Counted from the stretch's first letter, positions 36,708 to 47,509 are shown. The stretch: 64,000 nt of DNA from Promethearchaeota archaeon (GCA_048938105.1 JBHLMN010000004.1:256001-320000), one strand, 5' to 3'. The notes: generated from the letters alone by a model not told the origin. Program-made: numbers and translations.

Positions 36708-38936
36708 TTACCAGAACAGATTTATATCACCCGAGTATTGAATACGCCACCACCGACCATTATCCCAATCAGCATTTATTACATTATACTTCTGACCTGA
36801 GATGATTCGTGCAACTGTACCTTCTGTATCAATAATCCAATCCCAAAGAAGTCGCGTACCTACACCATATAGTCCCTTATCTTCAGATAAATCCTCTCGA
36901 ATGTTACTTTGGGGAGTTACGAAATCCATTACGAATACACCAAACTGTATTAAACCCCACACGCTTACAATTAAGGCTACTGTTCCCGTACCGCCTGATA
37001 GAACAGCACCTAGGATTATTAGTCCTATCAAAACGATAAAGAAGATAAGCATGGTCAAGAAAGTCTCCCATTCAGAGGCATCAGCATCAGACTTATCCTG
37101 CCGAGAGGGAAATCCGCATACACTTATCACGGGAAGATTGTATCCAAAATTCCAGCGCATTGAGGTGATGTCTTTGCTCTGACCAAAGTACGATCCCTGA
37201 GTATTATAGCCTACTGACAGAATAAACATAGCGCCTTGATTTGACGTGGACACATATCTACTCTTATCACTCCAGTAGGTCTCATCACCATTAGCGATTA
37301 TAGTATATTCGATATTGCTTGTATCAATGAAGTTTGTAGTGTCAGAGTCTGTATCAGTTTCAGGGAGGCGTTCGATAAATTCTACATTCTGAGGGAGGTA
37401 GATTTCAGGTTTGCCATGACCACTCGACCACGAACCTTGGCCAAACACTTTGATCTCACACCATAATCCCCCGTTATTATTTGAGGGTTCGCCCTTCCAT
37501 GTTCGAATAGGAAATACCTTGATTTGTTTCACATCCTGACAGATCTCATCTGGTAATGACATCCACATGGGTTGAGGATGGCGGATAAGTGCTTGAGTCG
37601 AAGAATCATTGGCATCCCCACCCACTCGTAACGGAGCGGGAAGATTATAGACCCATTTATAGATCACTTCACCCTCATCATCCTCTAACACTACCTGCGC
37701 TAGGCGGAGCGGGTTGGGCTTCCGAACATACAGTAGGATACCAGACACGTCCTGAGGATCAGTGAATGTAATATCAGCTATGGTCGTACTCAAAGACCCC
37801 GTCCACCATCCATTGGAATCCCAACTATCAGGAATTGCCCAGGTTCCTACTGCTCCGTCGGTCATCCACGCAGCTAACCCTGAATGCGATACGTTGTCGA
37901 GGAGGTTATCTGAGGTGAGTTGACCATGATCATTTTTAGGCATAATTGGCATAAAGTAGCGTGCATCACGTAAATCCACCCAGTCAGAATCACTACCACT
38001 AGTCAGATCGATGTTTACTAAATCGTTATTACGGAGAATGATCTCTCGATCACCAGATGAAAAACGAGAGAGGGAAAGGTCACTGAAATCTTGGATGGTC
38101 TCAGAATAGATTTCCCAAGGTACACTCGCATAATCAGTTCCCTCTGTCCCAATATTAATTTTGGTTATGTAATCCTCGCCAGGATCGTCTCCAATCCCAA
38201 AGTTATACCCCCAAGGATACAAGTAGGAAGGGTTATTGACCTGGGCAAAATATCGATCATTGCCCTCGTAGATGCTTCGTAAGGGCATCACACTGACAAA
38301 AAGCTTGTCATCGTGAAACGAAGTGGAATCGTGACTCAAATTGAGAACCGATATGGTGGAATAGTGGTTAGAATTATCTTTATCCATTGAGATCATGGTG
38401 GTGAGGGAGTCATGAGCATTATCACCTCCAAGTAAATCATCAAGATAGTCGTCATCACTTGTTGATTCGCCATAGACCATCTTCGACCACGTGAATCCAA
38501 AAAGACCATTATCATTTATCGCGTCATAATTGGCAATGGCTCGTCCAGGTTCGCCACCGAAGAATGGATATGAACTTGCCCACTGTGCAAGGTTTTGTCC
38601 AACTTCAGGAGCTTCCGAAACAAGAATGGATCCTAACTCGGAGGGGGTATATGAACCATGAGATATACGTTGAATGTTTGGCATATTCAGGAAATTAACA
38701 CCAGCAGTAAAGTTATCCCGACACACGTTCACATTGATATTATCCAAGACCATAGTGCTGATGTTCGCAGCAATCACCTTTGAAATGAATTCCCGGGCCA
38801 TTTCAGGGGTTGTCGGACTATTGGTGAAACTAGCCTTACCACGGTCTTCGAATTTACCTCTATCCGCATCTTGAAGATATGGACTCAAACCTACTAGACA
38901 ATTACCAGAATTGTAGTCGTAAGAATATGCAGTTAT
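36708..38936 (-). pseudogene. 5'-truncated fragment of a large extracellular/virion-like protein with a C-terminal hydrophobic hairpin
   Basis: The frame is open upstream of TTG 38888 (ITAYSYDYNSGNCLVG) to a stop at 38937-38939 with no ATG or signal peptide; Asp/Ser/Trp-rich beta-type composition; GC-richer than flanks; TM hairpin LIFFIVLIGLIILGAVLSGGTGTVALIV. Confidence 0.55.
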
Positions 38937-38950
38937 TTAATTTTTCAAAT

Positions 38951-39129
38951 ATTAGAAAGACACATTTTGGTATTTGTCTATCGTTTGAAGAAAAGGTTTT
39001 TCAATTATTTAAAGAAGAACTTTCTTCTAAAGGAGGAGAATTAAAAGGGATAAAAATATGCCTAGTGTAGAAGCTATTGCTAAGCTTCCTGATGGAAAGA
39101 TAATTGGATTTCAAGTATCGAAAGTTTAG
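38951..39129 (+). pseudogene. frameshifted restriction-endonuclease (Mrr-like) remnant
   Basis: GICLSFEEKVFQLFKEELSSKGGELKG, then shifted-frame NMPSVEAIAKLPDGKIIGFQVSKV*, matching the FE..V / D.IA / Q.K layout. Confidence 0.45.
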
Positions 39130-39296
39130 TCTAGTTAGTACTAGAATTAATTGAAGAAGTTGAGAGAATGAATCGAAAGTTAAGATTACTATGAATTCAG
39201 GATTTTTCTAACATTTGAAATGGATAAATATGTGAAATAACCAGTCTTTTACAGTAGTCTATTTTTAATATAGTAAAAACTGAAGAAAAGATCAGT

Positions 39297-40424
39297 ATGA
39301 AAAAGCAGATGAAGAAGAAAAACAATAGCACAGACGAAACACCTATTCCTCCACCATATCTTGTGTCATATGCTGTTACAAGAAAATGTAATCTCAAATG
39401 CAAGCACTGTTATAGTGAGGCAACCGAAGAACCAGCACCAGATGAACTTTCAACAGAAGAAGCAAAACGAGTGATAGATGAGATTGCTAAGTGGGGGATC
39501 AAGCTCTTAATTTTCGATGGTGGGGAACCACTGGCTAGGGATGACTTTTTTGATATTGCGAGCCACGCGTCGACAAAAGAGTTGAGGGTAGTTATTGGTA
39601 GTAACGGGACACTAATTACTCCAGATGTAGCTAAACGATTGAAAGCCTCTGGTATTATGGCAGTGCAGATATCCATTGATGGTGCTGAAGCTCAGACCCA
39701 TGATTGGTTTCGAGGAGAAGAAGGGTCCTTTAACAAAGCCCTAGAAGGAGCTAAGGCGTGTAAAGCAGTGGACTTACCTTTTCAATTTGGGATGACAATT
39801 CGAAGAGCTACTTTAGGCGAAATATCTGCCATGTTAATACTGGCCATAGAATCGGGGGCAATCGCTGCGGAATTTTTTGATTTGATCCAAGTCCCAAGGG
39901 TCAAAAGGGAAATCCCAGAGGAAATATTAACACCCATTGAAAGGAAAGAAGTTATGGAATGGTTGGCAGAAGCACAAACGGATTGTCCCATCATCATAAG
40001 AGTGCCTGGTTGCCCTATGTATCCCCTCATCCTTCAGGAGAAGAATATCCAACCAAAACATTTTCCCGCTCATTTATTACAAAGGATTCCATATTATGGA
40101 AGAGGGTGTGCAGCAGGGATGCCAAAGGGTTACCTCACCATCCTTCCAAATGGGGATATAATTCCATGCATGCTTCTCCAAATAAAACTGGGAAATGTCA
40201 GAGAGGAAAACATCACTCAAATATGGGCCAATTCTCCAATTTTGGCCACACTTAGAAATCGAAGCTTATTGGAAGGAGAATGTGGCCGCTGTAGCCATCG
40301 AGATGAATGTACTGGTTGCCGTGGAAGAGCTTATGAAGAGACAGGTAATATACTGGCGACGGATCCTGGCTGCTGGTTCAATATAGGAGGAAACCCAGAA
40401 CTATACCCGAAAAATTCTGAATAA
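39297..40424 (+). CDS. radical SAM/SPASM protein (AhbC/AhbD/NirJ-like)
   Basis: CNLKCKHC, GGEPL, SNGTL, ISIDG, GCAAG, GDIIPC, CGRC, CTGCRGRAY, DPGC. Confidence 0.92.
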   Translation: MKKQMKKKNNSTDETPIPPPYLVSYAVTRKCNLKCKHCYSEATEEPAPDELSTEEAKRVIDEIAKWGIKLLIFDGGEPLARDDFFDIASHASTKELRVVIGSNGTLITPDVAKRLKASGIMAVQISIDGAEAQTHDWFRGEEGSFNKALEGAKACKAVDLPFQFGMTIRRATLGEISAMLILAIESGAIAAEFFDLIQVPRVKREIPEEILTPIERKEVMEWLAEAQTDCPIIIRVPGCPMYPLILQEKNIQPKHFPAHLLQRIPYYGRGCAAGMPKGYLTILPNGDIIPCMLLQIKLGNVREENITQIWANSPILATLRNRSLLEGECGRCSHRDECTGCRGRAYEETGNILATDPGCWFNIGGNPELYPKNSE

Positions 40425-40544
40425 CGATTAAAAATTCGAACAGAAAATTTTGATCTATCGTGACCCTCTTTTACCATAAGAGGATGAAATTCTTTCATAT
40501 CTAAATTGGGAAAATTATATGAGAATAGAACGAGAGAGATAATT

Positions 40545-40661
40545 TCATTCATCTTTATACTTAATTCTACTTTTTATACCCTCCGCTTTGCGAGACATCC
40601 CTTTTATTCGACGTGAAGAACCTTTGACCTTACGTGACATTCCTTTAACTTTCTGGGACAT
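40545..40661 (-). CDS. 38-aa basic heptad-repeat peptide
   Basis: MSQKVKG-MSRKVKG-SSRRIKG-MSRKAEG-IKSRIKY-KDE*; repeats are conserved at the amino-acid level with varied synonymous codons; absent from the ORF track. Confidence 0.7.
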   Translation of the reverse strand: MSQKVKGMSRKVKGSSRRIKGMSRKAEGIKSRIKYKDE

Positions 40662-40859
40662 TCTAATAACTTCTTTTATTCATTCTAATATTATTTTTGA
40701 ATAATAAAAATTTATCTTGATGCTTTTTATTGCAGCCATTTTCTCCTCGAAAATGATGGATTCAGTCTTATTCAAGGAGATAAAATTCGAAACATTGTTG
40801 AATTTTTCATTCCCCAATGGTTTTTTTTAAAAGGTCAGGTATATATCGTTTCTCCTTAT

Positions 40860-41444
40860 TTGAATTTTAACGATTGGCTTCGTTTAGCTCATCAATATAG
40901 TCAATTAGAATACATGAACAATAGACCAAAGATTACAATAGTGACGAGACGTTGGGAGAACCAATGGAAAGATGGTAAACTTGAAAAAGTCCCAAAAACG
41001 AAAAAAGATCTAGTGAATATTCATAATCAAATCTGGGAAGGTGATGGTATGATTTTAAGGAATGGAGAAAGAAAATTCATAACCAGAAAAAAGCAACAGA
41101 AAATGAAAATTAAAAAAAAGACGAATTTGATCTTATTTCCAGAAGATTTCGACTTTTTTCTTAAAAATACTCAAATTTTTGTATCAAACCATCATTTTCA
41201 TGCAAAATTTTATGCAGCTGTATTTGATAAAGCAAATTCCCAAATAATTGCTACTAGTTATAACTTCACTGAATTCACAATAAGACAAATTGAGTTTTTT
41301 AGCTATTTAGAATGTCCAAACAATGTATTTTATCATGAATTTAATAGATTAAGACAACATGCAGAACTTATACCGTTAAGATTTACTATAAAACATACAA
41401 AAACTCCAAAGAGGAAAATTAGATCAAATCTCTCTATAAGATAA
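40860..41444 (+). CDS. phospholipase D-like (HKD) nuclease domain protein
   Basis: KITIVTR, HFHAKFY, IIATSYNFT and a downstream Glu (RQIEF) fit a single HxK...S.N PLD/Nuc motif. Confidence 0.7.
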   Translation: MNFNDWLRLAHQYSQLEYMNNRPKITIVTRRWENQWKDGKLEKVPKTKKDLVNIHNQIWEGDGMILRNGERKFITRKKQQKMKIKKKTNLILFPEDFDFFLKNTQIFVSNHHFHAKFYAAVFDKANSQIIATSYNFTEFTIRQIEFFSYLECPNNVFYHEFNRLRQHAELIPLRFTIKHTKTPKRKIRSNLSIR

Positions 41445-41689
41445 TATGTAGATTTTACAAGTTCTCTTTACTACGATTTCTATCTGAAGATCAAAATAAT
41501 CTTAAGTTGGTCAAACGAGCAATTGACAAGCCATTTTATAGATCTAATCAATCAGTGATGTTCATCTTTAAAAAATGATTAAGTCACTTATTCTAGATAC
41601 TATTCACATAAAGGACAACATATTGTTTGACATAAAAGAGCTAAAAAAAGTTGGTTCTTGTATTACAACATCAATGATCCCAATTGATT

Positions 41690-42214
41690 TCAATAAAGAG
41701 TAAAAATATTAAATCGATTCCAATCCTCTAGGTGACCCTCAATAGTTAAAAAATCAGAGCATGATACAACTGCAATGTTATAATTTTCTCTCATCACATC
41801 TTTTACTGGAGAAAAATGATGTTCATCATTAGATATAACGTATGATACTTCTGTTTGTACTGAAAATTCACAAAAATATTTATCTTTTCTACTCATATCG
41901 AGTATTAAATGTTGAGGAACATATTTGCATATTGAAATTTTTTCAAATCCTTCAAGAGTTGTTATTAAATTCCTTACTAGCATATCTGCAAATCTTGGAG
42001 CTATTTTCCTTCTGTTATAAAGCGTATTGACCAGCTCATTCAGCATACGTGGACAAGAAACAATCTCAAGTTCCTTACATTTCTCAATTATCCGTAAAAC
42101 AACCTCAAAACCATCCCCACCATGATCCAAGTAATTAAGCAATACATTTGTATCCAAAACTACTTTTTTCCGCATTGATTGCTGCCCACACAATAATATC
42201 CTGAAATTGTTCAT
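41690..42214 (-). CDS. PIN domain RNase toxin
   Basis: KVVLDTNVL, LNEL, KDKYF, YVISNDEHHF; likely start at MRKKVV (42174). Confidence 0.85.
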   Translation of the reverse strand: MNNFRILLCGQQSMRKKVVLDTNVLLNYLDHGGDGFEVVLRIIEKCKELEIVSCPRMLNELVNTLYNRRKIAPRFADMLVRNLITTLEGFEKISICKYVPQHLILDMSRKDKYFCEFSVQTEVSYVISNDEHHFSPVKDVMRENYNIAVVSCSDFLTIEGHLEDWNRFNIFTLY

Positions 42215-43527
42215 TTATCCGAATTTTTAGCCTTTAATTGAAGCCATTCTCTGTATTCTTGTTGAGTTACATCATAAAAACCTGGCATTTCAAAACTACC
42301 TTCTTTGGTGAATTGGAGTTCATTAACTTTAGTTTTTCCATCCTTTATATCAATGTAAAAGATACCAACACTTTCCTTATCAATTTCTCCTCTAAGAATA
42401 GAATTTTGAATACGTAAAAGAAGATATTCTGAATGAGTAGTAACCATTACTTGCTTATCATCATTATTAATAAGTTCCACAAAAAAATCAATAATTTTAG
42501 TTTGGTAACTAGGATGTAAATGAATTTCAGGTTCTTCAATTAAAATCAGGCTTCTTTTTTTTGCAAGAAGAGCTTTAACAATTACAAATAATACTTGACG
42601 AGTTCCAAATCCCATTGATATAAGCTGAAAGGGTGAACTGCTATAATCCTGAAGAGTTTCAACTCCACATGAGGGTTCGGTCGCATCAACAGGATAAGGT
42701 GTCAAATCATGGATTCCAAATTCCTTTGTCCACTTCCTAATTCTTTTTAATGTCTTTGAATGTTCTCTACGGATCATATGAAATAGGGCATTGAAAAGAG
42801 TACTACCTTTGTCATTTGTGTGAATTTCCTTCGGTGTTGATCCAACGATTTGTGTGAACCATTTCATAGAACCACGTTCCACAGGGATAAATGTAATATT
42901 TTTGAAGAAATTAGAGTAAAAGGAGTTTAAATTGATAATTGATTCATTAAGAGCCTTAATCACTCTAAATTGATCGAGATGAGATTGAGCTTCATCATGA
43001 TACTTAATTGATCTGCTAAATCTGAGCCATCTATCTCCATCAGAAGTACCACCTGCAATGAGTTTAGGATCAATTTTTTTCCGTATTTCTTCAAAGTAAG
43101 GATGGTTTTCGGGTAATGTATTCTTGTAAAGGATAAGTCCACTTTCAAAAAATTCGTCCATAAGACGAGAATCAATAACTAATTTGTTAGCATTGTTTGG
43201 AATCTGAAAATCAGTCCCAATTTTATTAAGATCATATCCGAGAGTGGTAAATTTTTCATTCAGTTTTTTTGTAAGTTCTTGTTCAATAAATATGTGAATA
43301 ATATCCTCAACTTTCTTATCAAAGACAACTTCATTAAATTCACGAAAATTATAAGGATGATCATACTTTGGATTCTTATGTTCATAACATTGTTTTAGAA
43401 ATAATAACACTTGTAAAATCGAAGATTTTCCAGAATTATTAGGCCCTATAAAAATGTTTAGCTTTTTAAGTGAGATTTCAACATCATATAGACTTTTAAA
43501 CTTTTTAACCTTTAGTTTTGTAAGCAA
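42211..43527 (-). CDS. AAA_15/AAA_21-type ABC ATPase (DUF3696-like C terminus)
   Basis: VKKFKSL, GPNNSGKSS, MGFGTRQVL signature, LIEEPEIHLHP, VTTHSEY; adjoins the PIN gene on the same strand. Confidence 0.9.
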   Translation of the reverse strand: MLTKLKVKKFKSLYDVEISLKKLNIFIGPNNSGKSSILQVLLFLKQCYEHKNPKYDHPYNFREFNEVVFDKKVEDIIHIFIEQELTKKLNEKFTTLGYDLNKIGTDFQIPNNANKLVIDSRLMDEFFESGLILYKNTLPENHPYFEEIRKKIDPKLIAGGTSDGDRWLRFSRSIKYHDEAQSHLDQFRVIKALNESIINLNSFYSNFFKNITFIPVERGSMKWFTQIVGSTPKEIHTNDKGSTLFNALFHMIRREHSKTLKRIRKWTKEFGIHDLTPYPVDATEPSCGVETLQDYSSSPFQLISMGFGTRQVLFVIVKALLAKKRSLILIEEPEIHLHPSYQTKIIDFFVELINNDDKQVMVTTHSEYLLLRIQNSILRGEIDKESVGIFYIDIKDGKTKVNELQFTKEGSFEMPGFYDVTQQEYREWLQLKAKNSDK

Positions 43528-43809
43528 TGTTATACTTCCGTGTTTTTTCTTTGAATACTATAAGTTCACTTGGATCAAGTTCTTTTATTTTTTCTTACTT
43601 ATCTTATAGAAACTCTATCTTTAATGTAAAAAAACATTTCTGAAAAGTCTCCTTCAGTCTTTAATTCAAATTTAAAAGTTTAATTTCAAGATTAATAAGA
43701 TTATTAATTATGAAAGAAAGCACTAAAACAAATGCAATGATTGACACACCGAAATTAACATAAGCACCCAAATCTTTACCTTAATATCTCGATGATAAAT
43801 AATTCTCAA

Positions 43810-43908
43810 TTAATTGTTTAATATTCTCTTTTTCTTTTTAGAGGCAGCCCTCATGGCACACGCTTTAAAGTCCTGATGTTTTTTAATTATGAATGAAGGC
43901 CTATTCAT
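43810..43908 (-). pseudogene. 3'-half remnant of the SMP/LEA-like microprotein (copy 3)
   Basis: ...KKHQDFKACAMRAASKKKKRILNN* matches QQDFKARAMRAASKKKK of copy 1; the N-terminal half is replaced. Confidence 0.75.
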
Positions 43909-44339
43909 ATAAAGTAAAGGGAACACTTAACCTTAAACTCCTGCTTAACAGGCTACGACCCTATTTTTTCAAATATGCTATTTACGCTTCTTGTAAATGC
44001 TAATCATAAAAATACTGAATGAGAGTCCTACAAGATTCACCTCATAACTAGGTATACCAAGGCCAAAAAGACTATTTTATAATTCTAAGCATGAGATAAA
44101 TGAAAAGAGTTGAAGGAATTATCCACATCATAATTCAACTTGAAATTAGTCTCAATATCAATCCAGTATGGAAGTTCCAATAAAAATCTTAATCTCAACA
44201 TCCAATTCACCCACTTTTCCTTATCATGAGTGATGTCTCAATTTAAAGCATTCGGATGTAGTTACCTTGAACTTTTAAGGTTAAAAATTTCCGTTTTAAT
44301 ATTTAAACATCACCCAGAAAATAATCATAGAGAACCAAT

Positions 44340-44398
44340 TCCTGATGTGAAGGATCATGAGAATCAAGCTAGTAGTGTAATTAAGCAAATTAATAAGG
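44340..44398 (+). repeat. remnant of the microprotein copy-1 leader
   Basis: AGTGTAATTAAGCAAA is identical at 44374-44389 and 2891-2906; TCCTGATGTGAA (44340) vs TCCTGACGTGAA (2791). Confidence 0.6.
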
Positions 44399-44501
44399 TT
44401 ATAATTTAATTTTAAACATCCAATCCCCAGACTTTAATATATTTATTTCCTTCTACTCATGTGTAGCATTAGTTCACCTGTGTCTAATGTTCATTAATTC
44501 A

Positions 44502-46943
44502 TTAAAAAGGTACTGGATACAAATTGCTTCTTCTTCCGATGGAGAATAATTCTAAAGATGAAGTTAATATTAAATCAAAAACCTCTTGAAATGTCGAAAT
44601 GTCTGAAATAGCTAAAAAAGCTGGATTAGGATGTTGTAGATAATTCCTACACAAACTAGAAATAGTGAACAATCGTGGACTTTCTTCTAAGATAGTATTT
44701 TGAAAACGATTCTTAAATTGAGTATCAGAACTGAAATCATTTCTTAATAACATTGTTAACTTTCGATTAGAGTCTTCTAAAGATTGTTGACTTGAGTAAC
44801 TGCTATAATTCCTGAAAATAAACACAAATTTTTCAAACCAGTCAAATTCAACTAAAATTCCGATAAATTTTTCATTATATATCTGTTTAAAATGTAAAGT
44901 AGGAAAATTCTGAAGATCTCTTCTAGAACATCTTGCTAACAGAATATTTCCTATTGTTGCATTCCGAGAGCAAATAATAGTTTTGTATGGATCCTCCATT
45001 CTATCTGTGGATTTCTTAGTAAGTAGTTCAAATAACTCGAAAGATTGTTTAAGTTCTTCACTTCTTTCTCCTTCAGAAGTTTGATTAAGATCACTTAAAC
45101 GGAAGTTAATAGCTGAGATAAGTCGTTCTATGTGAAATTCTCCTGTTCTCATAATGAATCTTAAAAATTTAATCAGCTCGGTAGTCTCAAGTCGTTTTCC
45201 ATAATTTGAATTGCGTAAACTTTCTAGATATCGTAAATGAGTTAACGCACGCATGTTTTCCTCTTGTCTATAAAAGTCGTCAAGTGAAGGAGAATAATTC
45301 ACATGAATATCAGATAATTTCTCATAGATATGCCCAGTAATCTCATCTAATTCATAAATATTTGATAAAATTGTCGGGTCTTCTCTTTTCAAAATGAAAT
45401 AGCCAATAATAGCCTTTAGTGCGTTAATTTCTACTGGAATGAAGTGAACTTGATCTCTTATGTCTCTATTATCTTCTAAAAAAAGAGAAGATCCTCTTGA
45501 TCCAGGGGTATAATCCTGAATCACATTTCCTATGAGGAATATTATTCCAAAATCAATAATATCATTTCTTAAAGCTGATATTATAGGTAAAATGGTTTGA
45601 ATACCTATTCTAGACCTTCCATTATTTATTTTTATTTGAATTTCAGAAACGAAATTTGAATTATTGAGAGTACATGAAAAAGAAGGCTCAATCATCTTTC
45701 TGGGTTGTCTAACGGAACATACAAAAAAACTAGCAAAGTTTTCATTAGAGATTCGATCATTATACGCCATTATTAGGTCTTTAAGATACTCCCAGAACAT
45801 CATTTTGATTGTCTCAATATTCGAATTATGAATGATTTCCTCTCCTATATTCACAACTTGATCGGGAAATGGCAATGATTCGAAAATCCTTGAGTCTATA
45901 ATCTGTTTTTCTATAAATGCAACTAAATTTCTGATAAAATAACCTGTATTTCTATTGGTCTCATCATAAATTCTCTCAATTCCCCCATTTTCAATATCAA
46001 AACGTGTTGTTTCCGTCTCTCTATAGAAATTGATTATTTTTTCTCCAATCATATTTGCTTCGTCAAAATTCTTCAGGCCAAATAACTCAATTGATAAAAG
46101 TCTTCTAGACAATCCTATACTTACTGAATAAGGTTCCTGTACTAATTCTTCCCAACTAGCAGATGTACATCCAAGTAAAATAAACATGGAAGTAATTAAT
46201 TCACTATTGATAAAGTTTACAAGGAAATGTTTGAAGTTGTGATTTTCTTTTTTATTCATTTTTGAGATAATAGCTAATTCATCTAATATTATTACTAAAC
46301 TCTTATCCAAAACTTTTTTACAAAGTATAGCTAATATAAATAAAGTCTGAATTATATCTTCATCTCTTAAATTTCTTGATATTCGATTTTTCCCAATTTT
46401 TACCTTATTTATCTCCCTTAATCCGATTCTACTTGTTAACCACTTCCATATTATTGGTTCATCACTTGTTTGTAATCTTGCAATCGAAATTGAGAACATA
46501 GGAGCATTTGTAATTTCTAAAAGTTTATAATACAAATCTATATCATTATTAAGGTTAAAAATATCGAGAGCTTTTCTTTTTAGGTGATAGAAGAATGCTA
46601 ATCCCATCTTGCGACAAATTTCATTAAAATTTTCTATGAGAGTACTTTTTGCATCAATATTTACTAGAATAAAAGGTAGATTTTCTTTTCTTACATGGGA
46701 TTCTACTATCTTAAACAAATGAGTTTTACCATAACCTCTTTGCCCAACCACTGCAATTAATCTTTTTGAGTTAAAACGATTTGCTTCAGTCATTTCATGA
46801 GTCAGTCTATAAAATGATGTCTTAAAACTTTCAGTCTCGATTTGAAATGGTTCCAGATTTTCAGGAGGAATACCCTGTCTTAAAGCTTGCTTTGCCCTAA
46901 TAACCTGATCTTGTTCCATAACAACACCCCCATTCCGATTCAA
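44502..46943 (-). CDS. BrxD/DUF2791-like P-loop ATPase with long C-terminal extension
   Basis: ALRQGIPP N terminus, Walker A GQRGYGKTH, IWKWL, Walker B VIILDEL, GLSRRL. Confidence 0.75.
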   Translation of the reverse strand: MNRNGGVVMEQDQVIRAKQALRQGIPPENLEPFQIETESFKTSFYRLTHEMTEANRFNSKRLIAVVGQRGYGKTHLFKIVESHVRKENLPFILVNIDAKSTLIENFNEICRKMGLAFFYHLKRKALDIFNLNNDIDLYYKLLEITNAPMFSISIARLQTSDEPIIWKWLTSRIGLREINKVKIGKNRISRNLRDEDIIQTLFILAILCKKVLDKSLVIILDELAIISKMNKKENHNFKHFLVNFINSELITSMFILLGCTSASWEELVQEPYSVSIGLSRRLLSIELFGLKNFDEANMIGEKIINFYRETETTRFDIENGGIERIYDETNRNTGYFIRNLVAFIEKQIIDSRIFESLPFPDQVVNIGEEIIHNSNIETIKMMFWEYLKDLIMAYNDRISNENFASFFVCSVRQPRKMIEPSFSCTLNNSNFVSEIQIKINNGRSRIGIQTILPIISALRNDIIDFGIIFLIGNVIQDYTPGSRGSSLFLEDNRDIRDQVHFIPVEINALKAIIGYFILKREDPTILSNIYELDEITGHIYEKLSDIHVNYSPSLDDFYRQEENMRALTHLRYLESLRNSNYGKRLETTELIKFLRFIMRTGEFHIERLISAINFRLSDLNQTSEGERSEELKQSFELFELLTKKSTDRMEDPYKTIICSRNATIGNILLARCSRRDLQNFPTLHFKQIYNEKFIGILVEFDWFEKFVFIFRNYSSYSSQQSLEDSNRKLTMLLRNDFSSDTQFKNRFQNTILEESPRLFTISSLCRNYLQHPNPAFLAISDISTFQEVFDLILTSSLELFSIGRRSNLYPVPF

Positions 46944-47509
46944 ACCAATTTATCCCGTATAACAATCTTTGAATAATATTCACCTGAAATCTCAAGACCT
47001 TCTTTAGTAAATAAAGCTGGTTCTAATGCAACCTCCTTCGAATATATCATATGTAGATCCTTTAAAAAAGAATTTACTAATTCTTCATCCAGCCATTGAA
47101 TTTCTTGGAGAAGTTTCATTTGTATTATCTTAATATTCACCCTAGAACCAAATTTATAGTTTTGTAACCAAATATTTTGAAGAGATTTTACAAATGCATA
47201 AAATGATATATCATTTCTAGGAGATCTTTTACCAAATCTCTTTATTTTAGTTTTCAAGACAATCCCAGTTCTACCTAAAGTTGATCGATTAATTTCAATA
47301 GAACCATTATCCAGTAATCGGTTAGTTATTTCTTTAATTGATTTTGTATCTATTTTCATCTTATTTCTAAGATCTTCTACAGTAATCCATGCTTCATTAG
47401 GTATAAAATCGATAGGCTCTTTTTTAGGTCCTAGTCCTCTTTCAATAAGTTTGACAATCCTATTTGCAGCATCTTTTATATCTAAAAGATCGCTATCTGT
47501 TAAATTCAT
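46940..47509 (-). CDS. tandem winged-helix-like protein coupled to the ATPase
   Basis: ITVEDLRNKMKIDTKSIKEITNRLLDNGSI HTH-like segment and a second WH-like C-terminal domain; 4-nt overlap with the ATPase start. Confidence 0.7.
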   Translation of the reverse strand: MNLTDSDLLDIKDAANRIVKLIERGLGPKKEPIDFIPNEAWITVEDLRNKMKIDTKSIKEITNRLLDNGSIEINRSTLGRTGIVLKTKIKRFGKRSPRNDISFYAFVKSLQNIWLQNYKFGSRVNIKIIQMKLLQEIQWLDEELVNSFLKDLHMIYSKEVALEPALFTKEGLEISGEYYSKIVIRDKLV

